Assembly (NCBI GenBank): GCA_036507075.1
Contig: DASXQR010000023.1
Location: 1 to 19,513, forward strand
Origin: Acidobacteriota bacterium
GTDB taxonomy: Bacteria > Acidobacteriota > UBA6911 > JACQSX01
Reading direction: 5' to 3'
DNA length: 19,513 nucleotides
The position numbers were made by a program, and so were the translations under genes. Every line of letters starts with the position of its first letter. Position 1 is the first letter of the stretch. The notes beneath the pieces were generated by a model that was given only the letters and a program-made list of their open reading frames with translations, ran no database searches and was not told where the DNA came from. Below, piece by piece: positions 8,155 through 16,431 of the stretch.

Positions 8155-10602
8155 ATGATCGAAACTTTACTGCAGGACGTTCGCTACGCGACACGCATGC
8201 TGCTCAAGAATCCAGTTTTCACGGCGGTGACCGTGATGACGCTTGCGCTTGGCATCGGCGTCAACACCACGATTTTCACGTTCATCAACACTCTCCTTTT
8301 GCGGCCGCCGTCGGGCGTTGAAGATTCGCATCGATTGATGGCGGTTTGGAACCGTCTGCCCAACGGCGGGTACATGCAGCAATGCTATCCGGATTATGTC
8401 TACTATCGGGACCACAACCGCGTGTTCTCCGGACTGCTCTGCTACAGCAGTGATCCGATCCGCGTGAGTTGGAGGGCGGCCGGGCAGACCGAGATCATTT
8501 ACGCGCACCTCGTTTCGGGAAACTACTTTTCGGTTTTGGGAGTTAAGCCTGGGCTGGGGCGCGCGTTTCTGCCGGAGGAAGATCAGATACCGGGCAGGAA
8601 TCCGGTGGTAGTGCTTCAACATGCTTTCTGGCAGCAGCGTCTCGGTTCCGATCCGAACATCGCAGGAAAGACGTTGATTCTGAACGGCCATGCCTTCAAC
8701 GTTGTCGGTGTTGCTCCGCAGGGCTTTACCGGGATCGAAACGGGGATGGTTCCGGATCTGTGGGCTCCTGTCATGATGCAGCCTCTGATCATTCCCGGCG
8801 AAGAGATGCTTTCCACCCAGTCCAGCTACTGGATATTTGCCGTCGGCCGGCTGAAATCCGACATCACGGTGTCGCAGGCACAGGCAGATTTCAGCGTCTT
8901 GGCGGGCCAGCTTGCCGCAACACATCCGAAAAGCAACAAGGGATGGGATGCCGCCGTGCTGCCCGCGATCGGGGTTCCTCCGGAATTCCGCGGGCTTGTG
9001 GTCCCGTTTACCGCCCTTCTGATGTTGATGGTCGGACTGGTGCTGTTGATCGCCTGCGCCAACGCTGCCAATCTTCTTCTGTCTCGCGCGGTCGGTCGGG
9101 GGCGCGAAATGGCGATTCGCTCCGCGCTCGGAGCTAACCGGGGCCGGCTTGTGCGTCAGGTCCTTGCGGAAAGCGTCCTGCTCGCTTTCCTGGCCGGCGC
9201 GGTTAGTTTGCTGCTGGTTCTCTGGACCGCGCCGCTTCTCCTCAACTTGAAGCCGGCCATGCTCTCTTTCATCACGCTTGATCTTTCTCTTGATTGGCGA
9301 ATTGCGGGTTTTACGTTGTTGATCTCGCTGCTCACAGGATTCATTTTCGGCCTGGGCCCCGCCCTTCACGGTTCAGCGGGCGATGTAGTAATGAAACTCA
9401 AAGACTCAAGCTTTGGTGGATACCACAAATCACGTTTGCGGAGCTTCCTGGTAGTCGCCCAGGTCGCCGTGTGTCTGATTTTGCTGATCAGCGCGGGCTT
9501 ATGTCTGCGGAGTTTATTCAACGCGCATTCGATTGACCCGGGATTTCAGATAAATAACCGCCTTACGGTGTCTTTCGATCTGCAAATATTGGGCTATTCG
9601 AAAGCCCGCGGTGAGCGGTTTTATCAGGAATTGCTGGATCGAACCGCAGGCTTGCCCGGGGTAGTGTCATCGAGCCTGGCTCATTACTTGCCGCTGGGAT
9701 TTACCAGGCGAAGCGCGGAAGTCGTCGTCGAGGGCCATCAACCTCCGCCCCCGCAGCGCGGCTTCCCGGTTGGCACAACCGCCGTCGGTCCCGGGTATTT
9801 CAAAACGATGGGAATTCCCCTGTTGCGTGGACGCGAGTTCGGCCCACGGGACAGCGTCGACAGTCCGAAGGTCGTGATCATCAACGACGCAATGGCCCGG
9901 CGTTTTTGGCCGGGTCAGGATCCAATTGGCCGGCGTGTGTCTTTTGGTTTTGACAATCCCAGGGCTCTGGAAATCATCGGGGTCGTGAAGACTGGCAAGT
10001 ACCGGAGTTTGCGAGACGATGCTGCGCCATTCATGTACGAGTCTTTCTCCCAGTCTTACCGGCCTCGTGCGACGCTGGTAGTTCACACCGCGGCGGATCC
10101 GAAGCAATCGCTGCCTGCGGTGCGGAGCGCTATCCGGGAACTCGATCCCAATCTGCCGGTCCTGCAGGCAGAGACGCTGGAGGAATACATGGCTGTGCCG
10201 TTGTTTGGCGCCCGTGTGACAGGGATCCTGCTGAGCGGCTTCGGAGGATTGGCCTTGCTGCTGGCTCTGGTGGGCCTTTACAGTGCAGTCGCATACTCGG
10301 TGAGTCAACGCACCCGCGAATTCGGCATACGTATGGCCGTGGGTGCCGGGCCGGTTGACTTGATCAGGCTGGTAATTCATGAAGGACTGCCCCTGATTTT
10401 GATCGGCTTGGTCATTGGAGTGGCTTGCGCTCTCGGCACAACGCAAGTCCTGTCCAGCCTGCTTTATGGAATTGGGCCGACCGATCCTCTCACGTTTATT
10501 GGCGTTTCGCTGCTTCTGGTCGGAGTGGCGGTCGCGGCCAGCTACATTCCTGCCCGCCGCGCGACTAAAGTCGATCCCATGGTGGCGCTGAGGTACGAAT
10601 GA
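8155..10602 (+). CDS. ABC transporter permease, duplicated MacB/FtsX-type (ADOP family)
   Basis: 815 aa; QDVRYATRMLLKNP.F, LALGIGVNTTIF, LLIACANAANLLL.R...R.REMAIRSALGA, V.QRTREFGIRMAVGA, PARRATKVDPMVALRYE; GAGGAG SD; no ATPase gene adjacent. Confidence 0.95.
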   Translation: MIETLLQDVRYATRMLLKNPVFTAVTVMTLALGIGVNTTIFTFINTLLLRPPSGVEDSHRLMAVWNRLPNGGYMQQCYPDYVYYRDHNRVFSGLLCYSSDPIRVSWRAAGQTEIIYAHLVSGNYFSVLGVKPGLGRAFLPEEDQIPGRNPVVVLQHAFWQQRLGSDPNIAGKTLILNGHAFNVVGVAPQGFTGIETGMVPDLWAPVMMQPLIIPGEEMLSTQSSYWIFAVGRLKSDITVSQAQADFSVLAGQLAATHPKSNKGWDAAVLPAIGVPPEFRGLVVPFTALLMLMVGLVLLIACANAANLLLSRAVGRGREMAIRSALGANRGRLVRQVLAESVLLAFLAGAVSLLLVLWTAPLLLNLKPAMLSFITLDLSLDWRIAGFTLLISLLTGFIFGLGPALHGSAGDVVMKLKDSSFGGYHKSRLRSFLVVAQVAVCLILLISAGLCLRSLFNAHSIDPGFQINNRLTVSFDLQILGYSKARGERFYQELLDRTAGLPGVVSSSLAHYLPLGFTRRSAEVVVEGHQPPPPQRGFPVGTTAVGPGYFKTMGIPLLRGREFGPRDSVDSPKVVIINDAMARRFWPGQDPIGRRVSFGFDNPRALEIIGVVKTGKYRSLRDDAAPFMYESFSQSYRPRATLVVHTAADPKQSLPAVRSAIRELDPNLPVLQAETLEEYMAVPLFGARVTGILLSGFGGLALLLALVGLYSAVAYSVSQRTREFGIRMAVGAGPVDLIRLVIHEGLPLILIGLVIGVACALGTTQVLSSLLYGIGPTDPLTFIGVSLLLVGVAVAASYIPARRATKVDPMVALRYE

Positions 10603-10605
10603 GAG

Positions 10606-10706
10606 CGGGAGTTGGGAGAGGGGGAGAGTGGGAGAGCGGGAGAGTGGTAGAGCGGGGAGTGGGTGAGCATCGCCGATATCCGAGCCGCGCGCGTGAACAA
10701 GCGGAC
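10606..10706. repeat. Right arm of the inverted repeat bracketing the permease gene
   Basis: (CGGGAGAG)-like octamer array plus a 42-nt segment, reverse-complementary to 8034-8142. Confidence 0.85.
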
Positions 10707-10714
10707 CGTCGATG

Positions 10715-10837
10715 GTCATTTGTCATTAGTCATTGTGGAACCCTGGCTTGGTGTCTTGGTGGTTCAATTTTTTCACCACCAAGGCACCATGCTCCTGAAT
10801 TCTCATATTGCACAATTAATGACTCATGACCAATGAC
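10715..10837. repeat. Nested hairpin: heptamer arms (GTCATTN)3/(AATGACN)3 enclosing a TGGTGYCTTGGTGGT inverted repeat
   Basis: 10715-10734 vs 10818-10837 match at 18/20; 10749-10763 vs 10775-10789 match at 14/15. Confidence 0.75.
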
Positions 10838-10855
10838 ACTAGAGGGTCGGCTTGC

Positions 10856-11179
10856 TTACGAAAAAGACGATCCGCAGCCGCAGGTGCGGGTGGCATTGGG
10901 GTTGTTGAAGACGAAGCCTTTTTTCATCAGGCTTTCAGCGTAGTCCAGAATCATGTTGTTCAAATACAGATAACTCTTCAAATCGCAGAAAAGCCTGGCG
11001 CCGCCGAACTCGAAAACCTTGTCGCCCGGACGCTGTTGGCCTTCAATTTTGAGCACATAGCTCAATCCGGAGCATCCGCCACCCTTGACGCCGATCCGCA
11101 GACCGCCACCCGGAACATCCTGCTTTTCCAACAACTCGCGGATGCGAGCGGCGGCTTTAGGAGTAATCTCAATAGCCAC
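10856..11179 (-). CDS. iscA: Iron-sulfur cluster assembly A-type carrier (IscA/HesB family)
   Basis: LRIGVKGGGCSGLSY, F.F.NPNA..TCGCGSSF; an iscU remnant lies directly upstream. Confidence 0.93.
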   Translation of the reverse strand: MAIEITPKAAARIRELLEKQDVPGGGLRIGVKGGGCSGLSYVLKIEGQQRPGDKVFEFGGARLFCDLKSYLYLNNMILDYAESLMKKGFVFNNPNATRTCGCGSSFS

Positions 11180-11180
11180 G

Positions 11181-11244
11181 TTATTGGAGCCCTTTCCTTT
11201 TTGTAGTCCGCGATCGCTACTCTGATCGCGTGCTCTGTCAACAC
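11181..11244 (-). pseudogene. iscU: 3' remnant of iscU (Fe-S scaffold)
   Basis: VLTEHAIRVAIADYKKER matches the IscU C-terminal helix (ILAEDAIKAAIADYKSKR in E. coli, 11/18 identical as recalled), in the canonical iscU-iscA position; rest of the gene absent. Confidence 0.7.
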
Positions 11245-11525
11245 TACTAGTCCTATTTTACCGCTTTTGGGTCCTGGCGTCGCCTGTCATCTGTTAGAGC
11301 GGCGTCGTGCGGCCATATCAGGTTAATCGCCGAGGCACAGCCCCGGAAAACGGATATTATCTGGCCCGCCGCGACCTCACGGATCGCGGTACTGTTGGGT
11401 CAGAGATCCTCCGCTACAAACCGCCGCTAGTTGTGAGACGCTCTCTGGAGCCTTTCCGCATGACTGGGGCTGCCGAGCCGCAGCAACGTCCGATTCCGCC
11501 CACATAACTGTCTGGCAACACGCTC

Positions 11526-12323
11526 TCATCTGCCGGACGGTGCCGCAGCTCTGGCAGAGTCCCCATCTCCCAACTTGCGGCCGCCTTCGCCAAGATAACG
11601 AGGGGCGCATAACCCGCAGCGTTTTCCGAACACCTCCAGCGACGTCTTCAACACGCCGAAACCGTAGCGCACTGATCTTCGGAAATTGATCGACGAGGCA
11701 TCGGCAAAATAGCGCGCAGGGCAACTGATTTCTCCGATGTGGAATCCAAACACCAGGGCCTGTGCCAGCATCTGGTTGTCAAACACGAAGTCATCGGAGT
11801 TTTCCTCGAGAGGCAAAGTCTCTAAAACGCGGCGTGTAAAGCCTCGGAAGCCGGTGTGATACTCGGAAAGCTTGGCCCCCTGGAGAAGATTTTGAAATGC
11901 AGTGAGGAATCGGTTGGCGATGTACTTGTACGGCGGCATTCCGCCCTTCAGCGCTGCCCCGCCGAGAATGCGCGAGCCGAGAATTACATCATAGTGGCCG
12001 CTGGCAATCATTGCGGCCATGGCCCCGATCAATTTGGGGCTGTACTGGTAATCCGGATGCAGCATGATCACGATGTCGGCACCGGTTTGCAGCGCCTGGC
12101 GGTAGCAGGTCTTTTGGTTCCCGCCGTAGCCGAGATTCTGCGGGTGAACAAAGGTGCGGATATTGAGGCTTCTTGCCAGCTTGACGGTGTCATCGGTGCT
12201 GGCGTCGTCCACCAGGAGAACCTCATCGACGATCTCCAAAGGCAGCTCGTCGTGGGTTGCTTTCAAAGTGCGAGCCGCATTGTATGCGGGCAGCACCACG
12301 AGTACCTTTTTGCCATGGATCAT
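11526..12323 (-). CDS. Glycosyltransferase family 2 (DPM1-like)
   Basis: [50 protein letters not shown]. Confidence 0.95.
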   Translation of the reverse strand: MIHGKKVLVVLPAYNAARTLKATHDELPLEIVDEVLLVDDASTDDTVKLARSLNIRTFVHPQNLGYGGNQKTCYRQALQTGADIVIMLHPDYQYSPKLIGAMAAMIASGHYDVILGSRILGGAALKGGMPPYKYIANRFLTAFQNLLQGAKLSEYHTGFRGFTRRVLETLPLEENSDDFVFDNQMLAQALVFGFHIGEISCPARYFADASSINFRRSVRYGFGVLKTSLEVFGKRCGLCAPRYLGEGGRKLGDGDSARAAAPSGR

Positions 12324-12331
12324 GGCACGTC

Positions 12332-12340
12332 ATTGTAACA
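12332..12340 (-). promoter_or_regulatory. Extended -10 (TG-T-TACAAT) 8 nt upstream of the GT2 start
   Basis: Minus strand reads TGTTACAAT-GACGTGCC-ATG with no SD. Confidence 0.55.
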
Positions 12341-12433
12341 GTGTTGGAGTGCGGGTCAGGCAGCACCATGTCGTTTTTGTCTTTTTGATTTTCGCTTTTT
12401 CCCATATTCTTCTTATTTTGAGAGGAAGCAACG

Positions 12434-13642
12434 ATGAGTGAATTGAAAACGGAAAGACCCTCCGCGGTGAAATTGTCCCGGCGGGTTCAAAATCTGGAGA
12501 TATCTCCCACCACCGCGGTGATGCAGGAGGCCAACCGGCTGAAGCGCGAAGGTATCGAGGTGATTGATTTTGGACCGGGAGAACCGGATTTTGCCACTCC
12601 TGACAACATCAAACAGGCCGGCCACCGAGCGATTGATCAGAACTTCACAAAATACACCGAAGTTGCGGGAATTCCCGCGCTCAAGCAGGCCGTGGCAGAA
12701 CGCTATCGCTCGAGCTGGGGCGCCGAGTTTCAGCCGAATGAAATCATCCTTTGCGCCGGCGGAAAGCAGGCCTTGTTCAATCTGGCTCTGACACTGTTCG
12801 AGCCGGGCGACGAGGTCATCATTCCCGCCCCCTATTGGGTCACGTTTCCTGAGCAGGTGAGGCTCGCCGGTGCCAGGCCGGTATTTGTGGACGTTCCCGA
12901 AAAGGACCGGTTCATTCTCAGAACCGAGATGCTTGAGCCCTCGCTGACTGAAAGCACCCGCGCCGTAATCATCTGTTCTCCCAACAACCCTACAGGCGCT
13001 GTGATCCATGAAGCCGAGATTCGTAAGCTGGTGGCCCTGGCGCGCTCCCGCAACCTGATGCTGATCTCAGATGAGACTTATGAACGTTTTTGTTACCAGG
13101 GCGATCAGGCCTTTTCCACTGCGGCGTTATGGAATGAAGCGCGGGAGAATCTCGTCGTGGTGAGCGCGGTTTCAAAAACCTATTCCATGACAGGCTGGCG
13201 CCTCGGTTACGCATTAGGACCGAAGGCGGTAATTTCGGCTGCGGCTAACATTCAAAGTCATGCCACCTCCAATCCCGTGTCAATATCCCAGATGGCTGCC
13301 GTCGAAGCGCTCAACGGAGATCAGAAGTCGGTGCAGCGGATGAAGGAGGAATACAGGAAACGGCGTGATTTTGCGCATGCCGAGCTGGTGAAGATTTCCG
13401 GCATCACCTGCGACCTGCCCGATGGGGCATTCTACTTTTTCCCCAACATTAGCCGCTTTCTCGGGCCCAAGATCCCCGACTCGGTAGCCATGGCCAGGTT
13501 CCTGCTGCAGGAAGCGCGCGTGGCCGTGGTTCCCGGTTCTGCCTTCGGCGCGGAAGGCTATTTTCGCATCTCGTATGCCACATCGATGGAGAATCTGGCA
13601 GAGGGGATCCGTCGAATCCGGGAAGCATTGTCGAAAGTCTGA
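12434..13642 (+). CDS. PLP-dependent class I aminotransferase (aspartate aminotransferase-like)
   Basis: GEPDF, GGKQAL, PYWVTF, SPNNPTG, SDETY, SKTYSMTGWRLG, VPGSAFG..G.FRISYA; GAGG SD. Confidence 0.95.
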   Translation: MSELKTERPSAVKLSRRVQNLEISPTTAVMQEANRLKREGIEVIDFGPGEPDFATPDNIKQAGHRAIDQNFTKYTEVAGIPALKQAVAERYRSSWGAEFQPNEIILCAGGKQALFNLALTLFEPGDEVIIPAPYWVTFPEQVRLAGARPVFVDVPEKDRFILRTEMLEPSLTESTRAVIICSPNNPTGAVIHEAEIRKLVALARSRNLMLISDETYERFCYQGDQAFSTAALWNEARENLVVVSAVSKTYSMTGWRLGYALGPKAVISAAANIQSHATSNPVSISQMAAVEALNGDQKSVQRMKEEYRKRRDFAHAELVKISGITCDLPDGAFYFFPNISRFLGPKIPDSVAMARFLLQEARVAVVPGSAFGAEGYFRISYATSMENLAEGIRRIREALSKV

Positions 13643-13647
13643 GAATC

Positions 13648-13956
13648 GTCAGTTGTCCGTGGTCCGTTGTCCGGTCAAAGGTCGAAGGTCGAAAGTCGAA
13701 GGTCGAAGGTCAAAGGTCAAAGGTCAAAAGTGCCGAAAGTTGGAGGCTGTTTGACTCCGAACATTCCAGCTTTCATACTTTCGAGTTTCAGCCTTCGACT
13801 TTTGACTTTCGACTTTCGACGGACCACGAACCACGAACAAGCGACCACTGACCACAACGGACAACGGACAGCGGACAACGAACTACTGACAACGGCTACG
13901 AGCTGAATTCAGACTTTCGACCTTCGACATTCAGACTTTCGACCCTCGCCCTTCAG
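13648..13956. repeat. Nested heptamer-repeat hairpin between convergent genes
   Basis: Outer arms (GTCCGTT)-like 13648-13673 and (AACGGAC)-like ~13820-13892; inner arms (GTCRAAR)x8 13674-13729 and (YTTYGAC) ~13770-13820; more YTTCGAC units at ~13908-13950. Confidence 0.85.
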
Positions 13957-13967
13957 TCGGCCGTCGA

Positions 13968-14032
13968 CCCTCATTCCCTCAATCCCTCAATCCCTCAATC
14001 CCTCAATCCCTCAATCCCTCAGTCCCTCAGTC
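13968..14032. repeat. Octamer tandem array (AATCCCTC)n, about 8 units
   Basis: Five perfect copies at 13981-14020 plus variants; overlaps the trmJ 3' end and supplies its stop codon. Confidence 0.9.
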
Positions 14033-14730
14033 TTTTTTCGTGCGGCCCAGAGAATCTGGCGGCATACTCCACGCATTACGGTCACCTCGCGCTCACTCAA
14101 CTGGGAACGAAGAAAAACGCGGCGCAAAACCTTCATCATGTGTTCGAGATTGTTTTCATGCAGGAATCCGATGGCGAGAAGCGCTTTCTCCAGGTGCCTG
14201 AACAGGCCTTCCAGCGATTCGATTGGCGCCAGAATCCGGGATTTTGCGGCTAGTTTGGACGCAATGAACCATTCATATGCAATCAGCGCGACGGCCTGCG
14301 CCAGATTCAATGTGGGAGATGCGGGAACGGTAGGAATGTGAATCAGCTCGTGGCACAGGGAAATCTCCAGGTCCGTCAATCCTGAATCCTCCGGTCCAAA
14401 GACAAAACCGATGCGATTGCTCCTGACTTTCCGAACCGCGCGTTTGATTGCGTCCCGGGCTGTCAGGTTTTCAAGTCCCGGCCGGTTGCGCAGGGAAGCC
14501 GTCGCCGCAACCCACTGAAGATCTGCGACTGCCGCGCTCAGGCTCCCAAAACGCCTTGCCTTTTCCACCAGAACGTCTGCGCCCACGGCCATTCTCCTGG
14601 CCTCTTCGTTCCAACGCGCTGCCGGAGCCACCAGTCGAAGCTCTTTCTGCCCGAAATTCTTCAGCACCCGTGCCACCGAACCGAGATTCCCGGCGTGTTG
14701 AGGTCGAACAAGGATGAAGACGGCGTTCAT
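14011..14730 (-). CDS. trmJ: SPOUT RNA methyltransferase, TrmJ/LasT type
   Basis: LVRPQHAGNLGSVARVLKNFG..L.LVAP, FGPEDSGLT..E...C, IPT.P..PTLNLAQAV..IAYE and a C-terminal helical domain. Confidence 0.88.
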   Translation of the reverse strand: MNAVFILVRPQHAGNLGSVARVLKNFGQKELRLVAPAARWNEEARRMAVGADVLVEKARRFGSLSAAVADLQWVAATASLRNRPGLENLTARDAIKRAVRKVRSNRIGFVFGPEDSGLTDLEISLCHELIHIPTVPASPTLNLAQAVALIAYEWFIASKLAAKSRILAPIESLEGLFRHLEKALLAIGFLHENNLEHMMKVLRRVFLRSQLSEREVTVMRGVCRQILWAARKKTEGLRD

Positions 14731-14770
14731 TGGGGAAACATACTACATTGAGCGGGAGAGTGGGAGAGTG

Positions 14771-14866
14771 GGGATTGAGGGAATGAGGGATTGAGAGACT
14801 GAGGGAATGAGGGAATGAGGGACTGAGGGATTGAGGCACTGAGCGACTGAGAGACTGAGAGACTGA
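14771..14866. repeat. Octamer tandem array (GGGATTGA-like) x12, inverted relative to 13968-14032
   Basis: Units gggattga/gggaatga/gagactga; preceded by GGGAGAGT units (14750-14770) and followed by (TCCATCCC)x3 (~14880-14903). Confidence 0.9.
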
Positions 14867-14943
14867 GAGCCGACAAATCTCCATCCCTCCATCCCTCCAT
14901 CCCAGCCCCCGTGTTAAACTGCTGCTTCGTTTTCGGCCAGACG

Positions 14944-15579
14944 ATGAGAATAAAGATCTGCGGTATTTGCAGCGCACGCGATGCGAATATCAGTGTTGAC
15001 AGCGGGGCGGATGCCCTCGGGTTTCTGTGCGGGGTTCCATCGTCGGTCCGAAGTCATATTACGCCCCGGAAGGCGCAGGAAATCATCGCTTCCCTTCCGC
15101 CCTTTATTTCAACGGTGCTGGTCACCACTATAGGGGAGCCAAAGGTGGTCGACGGTTTGCTGCGGCGGGTTCCTGTCACGCATCTGCAATTGCATGGTCC
15201 GATTGAACGCCAAGCTGTGCTGTGGCTGAAAAGAAAACATCCAAGTCTGAAGGTCATCAAAACCATTCACGTAACCGACCGCACGAGCATTGACGAAGCG
15301 CGGCGCTGGCAGCGGATTACAGACGCTTTGCTCATGGATACCAAGTCGGCCGGTTCGCTCGGAGGCACCGGGAAAACGCATGACTGGAGAATCAGCCGCG
15401 CGATTGTTCGTGCCGTCAGTATTCCGGTTATTCTGGCTGGCGGGCTCTCTCCGGAAAACGTTCGAAGAGCGATCTTAGAAGTGAAGCCCTATGGGGTGGA
15501 CGTAAATTCCGGCGTGACCTCCGGAGGAAGGCGGAAGAATCGAGCCAGGCTGGAGCTCTTCATCCGTCGAGCACGGTAA
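14944..15579 (+). CDS. trpF: Phosphoribosylanthranilate isomerase
   Basis: MRIKICGI, GADALGF, LQLHG, LLMDT, GGTGKTHDW, ILAGGLSPENV, PYGVDVNSGV; start set at ATG 14944. Confidence 0.93.
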   Translation: MRIKICGICSARDANISVDSGADALGFLCGVPSSVRSHITPRKAQEIIASLPPFISTVLVTTIGEPKVVDGLLRRVPVTHLQLHGPIERQAVLWLKRKHPSLKVIKTIHVTDRTSIDEARRWQRITDALLMDTKSAGSLGGTGKTHDWRISRAIVRAVSIPVILAGGLSPENVRRAILEVKPYGVDVNSGVTSGGRRKNRARLELFIRRAR

Positions 15580-15604
15580 AAATCAGAAATTCGAGTAGGA
15601 ATTT

Positions 15605-15668
15605 TTTTCACCACAAAGGCACAAAGGACACGTCTCGCTTTGTGCCCTTTGTGTCTTTGTGGTGAAAA
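15605..15668. repeat. Intact 'empty' CACCACAAAG/CTTTGTGGTG hairpin element; likely bidirectional terminator
   Basis: 15605-15627 vs 15646-15668 match at 22/23, between convergent trpF and Lon-N genes. Confidence 0.8.
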
Positions 15669-15696
15669 TTGATAAACGAACTTAGGTAATCAGGTA

Positions 15697-16350
15697 CTAA
15701 TTCCGCGTGGGATCTTTTGGCGAGAGATGCTGGAACTGACGAAACACCTGGCTTTCCTGAATCTGGCTCTGCAGAAAACGTGCCACCTGTCTTCCTCTCA
15801 ACTCAAAATCATCCAACTCCAGTAACTGCTGCTTGTGTTCGGGCGGCAACCCGAGATGGGAAGCCAGCGAGTTGACCAGGCTTTCATAATCGAGGGCCTG
15901 GAGCGCTGACAGATCCAACTCCCCCCGCGAACTCAGTTTAAAGAAGTCACCGGCCAGGCTCACCAGGTGCTCTCGCTGCGCAGCAAGTGCCAGGGCCGCC
16001 GGAACGCGATCCTGCAGGACCGTGGCAGCCACGGTACGGTAGGGGTCGTCGCTGATCACTCTGTCAATCCGGATCTTTTCCTCACCCGCAAGCACTAGGT
16101 TGAATTTTCCATCTTCCAGCTCTTCAAAGTTTTCGATGCGCCCCATGCAGCAGACTTCGTACACCGGCGGATTGCCGTAATAGCTCGATTCCCATCCGGG
16201 ACGCAAAAGACCGATGGCCATACGCCGGTCGCAATTGAGGGCATCTCGCATCAGTTGTCTGTAGCGTGGTTCGAAAATGTGTAACGGCAGATTCGTTCTG
16301 GGGAAGAATACAACGTTGGGAAGCGGAAAAAGCGGCGCTGTAATGTTCAT
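15697..16350 (-). CDS. Stand-alone Lon protease substrate-binding (N-terminal) domain protein
   Basis: PLFPLPNVVFFP...LPLHIFEPRYRQLM, DGKFNLVL.G, KQQLLE. Confidence 0.92.
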   Translation of the reverse strand: MNITAPLFPLPNVVFFPRTNLPLHIFEPRYRQLMRDALNCDRRMAIGLLRPGWESSYYGNPPVYEVCCMGRIENFEELEDGKFNLVLAGEEKIRIDRVISDDPYRTVAATVLQDRVPAALALAAQREHLVSLAGDFFKLSSRGELDLSALQALDYESLVNSLASHLGLPPEHKQQLLELDDFELRGRQVARFLQSQIQESQVFRQFQHLSPKDPTRN

Positions 16351-16378
16351 TCGGTTTACAAATTCAAAATCCTGAAAG

Positions 16379-16421
16379 AGGGACAGTCCCCATTTAAATT
16401 CCTTAAATGGGGACTGTCCCT
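16379..16421. repeat. Perfect 19-bp inverted repeat built from GGGACAGTCCC palindromes (REP-like)
   Basis: AGGGACAGTCCCCATTTAA-attcc-TTAAATGGGGACTGTCCCT. Confidence 0.85.
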
Positions 16422-16431
16422 TTAAATCGCT

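Noticed and set aside
8167..10719. 400-aa and 350-aa minus ORFs
   Set aside because: Antisense shadows of the permease, typical of GC-rich DNA
12323..12338. TGGCACG as a sigma-54 promoter for the aminotransferase
   Set aside because: No GC at the required GG-N10-GC spacing
13643..14910. Repeat arrays as CRISPR; ORFs 13667..13906 and 14471..14977
   Set aside because: Units are 7-8 nt, contiguous, with no unique spacers and no cas genes; the ORFs are repeat-derived
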